From: a virus
Lineage: Duplodnaviria; Caudoviricetes
Length of the DNA stretch: 64,000 nucleotides
IMG/VR virus record: IMGVR_UViG_2808606954_000002
Coordinates: 1-64,000 of that record
Strand: one strand, 5' to 3'
This document shows, piece after piece, positions 62,443 through 64,000 of this stretch. A program made the position numbers and the translations under genes. Every line of letters begins with the position of its first letter. The first letter of the stretch is position 1. A model generated the notes under the pieces. It did no database searches. It was given only the letters and a program-made list of their open reading frames with translations, and was not told the DNA's origin.

Positions 62443-64000
62443 TGGTGTCCGCTCTTCTCCGTGCCGTTGCCCCGCGATTTGCGCTAAAGCGTGAGATCGC
62501 GCGGCAACAGCTGGACCAATTGTCCAGACAAAAAAAGCGGCGCGACGGTTTTGACCCACGGGCTGGCTATGATGGTGCAACGCGCGGCCATCGCACGGCG
62601 GGCCGGTTGATTGGTTCCACCTCGGCAGATCGCGAAATCTGGACTTCGCTTTCCAGACTGCGCGATGTGCATCGTGAGCAGGTGCGCAACAACCCTTATG
62701 CCGGTCGTGCTGTTCAAGTCATCGCCTCCAATGTTGTTGGAGGCGGTGTCACCATGGCCGTGAAACATAAAACCAAAAACAGGCAAGCGGTGCTTGAGGA
62801 TTTGCTCAAGCGGCACATGCTCACCACCAAAATCGATTTTGCGGGCCGTCATAATCTCTATGGTCTGCAAAATCTGGTGGTGCGCACGGTAGTAGAATCC
62901 GGCGAGTGCCTGGTGGTGCGCAGACGCGCAAAGGCGTCTCGGAAATTGCCCTTGGCCTTTCAGGTCGAGGTGTTGGAGCCAGATTATCTGGTGTCCTACG
63001 CGAACGAAGGCGTAGGGGTTGCCAATGTGGCCGCTGGCAACACGGTTATTCAGGGTATCGAATATGATGCGGATGGCCAGCGGGTTGCCTATCACCTTTA
63101 TAAGCACCACCCCGGCAGTCTTTATCGGCTGTTTGGTGCCGGAACGGTTCGGGTGCCTGCTGAGGATGTAATTCACGTCTATCGGCAGGACAGACCCGGC
63201 CAATCGCGCGGGGTGCCGTGGGGTGCCCCGGTCATTATGACCCTGTGGGATTTGGCCGATTATGAAGATGCCGAATTGATGCGGCAGAAAATCGCGGCCT
63301 GTTTCGCGGTGTTCTGGATTGACAGCAACGGCACATTGAAACTCGGCTCGGATGGAAAGCCGGAAGCGCCTGAATATAACGCGGATATGTTAGAACCGGG
63401 CATGCAGCAACGTCTGCCGCCCGGCACGGATGTGAAATTTTCGACCCCGCCCACCACGGCTGGTTATCCCGATTATCTGCGCTCGATGATCCGCAAAATC
63501 GCCATCGGTTACGGTGTGCCATACGAGGCCCTTGCCGGTGATCTCTCGCAGGTCAACTTTTCCAGCGGTCGCATGGGCTGGCTGGAGTTTCAGCGCACTA
63601 TTACCCACTGGCAAAGCCAGATGCTCATTCCGCATTTTTGTGAGCGGGTGGCGGAATGGTTTCTGGATGCGGCCGATCTGGTTTCACCGGGGATTTCCGG
63701 TGGTGCCAGTGTGAGCCATACCGAACCGCGCCGGGAAATGATTGATCCGGCCAAGGAAATTCCCGGCATTCGTGACGCGATCCGGGCGGGCCTTATGTCC
63801 AGATCCTCGGCACTGCGGGAAATGGGCGAAAACCCGGAAGAAGTGGATGCGGAAATGGCCGCAGACAACGAGCGGGCTGATCGCCTCGGCCTGATCTATG
63901 ACAGCGACGGGCGCAAGCCGATGAATGGCGGACAGCCAGCCCCGGCCAATGACGACACACCGCCCGACAAACAAAAGGACAGCAGCAATGCCGGAAAAAA
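62442..64000 (+). CDS. Lambda-family portal protein, truncated at the window end
   Basis: Hand-translated from ATG 62442: YDGA...VRNNPYAGRAV...GQSRGVPW...GDLSQVNFSSGRMGWLEF; no stop before 64000. Confidence 0.9.
   Translation, partial: MVSALLRAVAPRFALKREIARQQLDQLSRQKKRRDGFDPRAGYDGATRGHRTAGRLIGSTSADREIWTSLSRLRDVHREQVRNNPYAGRAVQVIASNVVGGGVTMAVKHKTKNRQAVLEDLLKRHMLTTKIDFAGRHNLYGLQNLVVRTVVESGECLVVRRRAKASRKLPLAFQVEVLEPDYLVSYANEGVGVANVAAGNTVIQGIEYDADGQRVAYHLYKHHPGSLYRLFGAGTVRVPAEDVIHVYRQDRPGQSRGVPWGAPVIMTLWDLADYEDAELMRQKIAACFAVFWIDSNGTLKLGSDGKPEAPEYNADMLEPGMQQRLPPGTDVKFSTPPTTAGYPDYLRSMIRKIAIGYGVPYEALAGDLSQVNFSSGRMGWLEFQRTITHWQSQMLIPHFCERVAEWFLDAADLVSPGISGGASVSHTEPRREMIDPAKEIPGIRDAIRAGLMSRSSALREMGENPEEVDAEMAADNERADRLGLIYDSDGRKPMNGGQPAPANDDTPPDKQKDSSNAGK

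Larger units (their letters stand above)
37335..64000. mobile_element. Lambda-like temperate phage with a repABC replicon (putative phage-plasmid), partial
   Basis: cI/cro switch, replication, NusG, terminase and portal are contiguous with repABC; no integrase in the window. Confidence 0.7.

Noticed and set aside
1-64000. tRNA, rRNA, integrase or IS elements
   Set aside because: None recognised by eye; tRNAscan-SE, Infernal and ISfinder runs would be needed to exclude them formally.

Overview
Rhizobiales-type alphaproteobacterial DNA, inferred from the repABC replicon and a GTTC-N7-GTTC LexA box. It has three blocks. (1) 1-1700: the first two genes of an AT-rich ABC-three-component (Lamassu-like) defence operon, which runs off the left edge. 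(2) About 1.8-37.3 kb: a near-complete Mu-like transposable myovirus prophage (repressor, ner, transposase A/B, Mor, lysis, head, contractile tail). It has four copies of a late-promoter motif, a -1 frameshift in the tail chaperone, an extended gpF followed by a structured element, and a second, unrelated lysis cassette after the tail fibre. (3) About 37.4-64 kb: a lambda-like temperate phage whose leftward early operon ends in hicAB plus a complete repABC replicon (parS, ctRNA) where int/xis would normally sit, which suggests a repABC phage-plasmid. Its CI appears to lack the autocleavage lysine. A protease-dead CI C-terminal paralogue and a LexA-boxed divergent gene pair are candidate induction factors. 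A NusG paralogue followed by a structured leader RNA and a C-run-rich cos-like site precede terminase and portal, and the portal is cut off at the right edge. All family assignments come from motif recognition and synteny, not from database searches.
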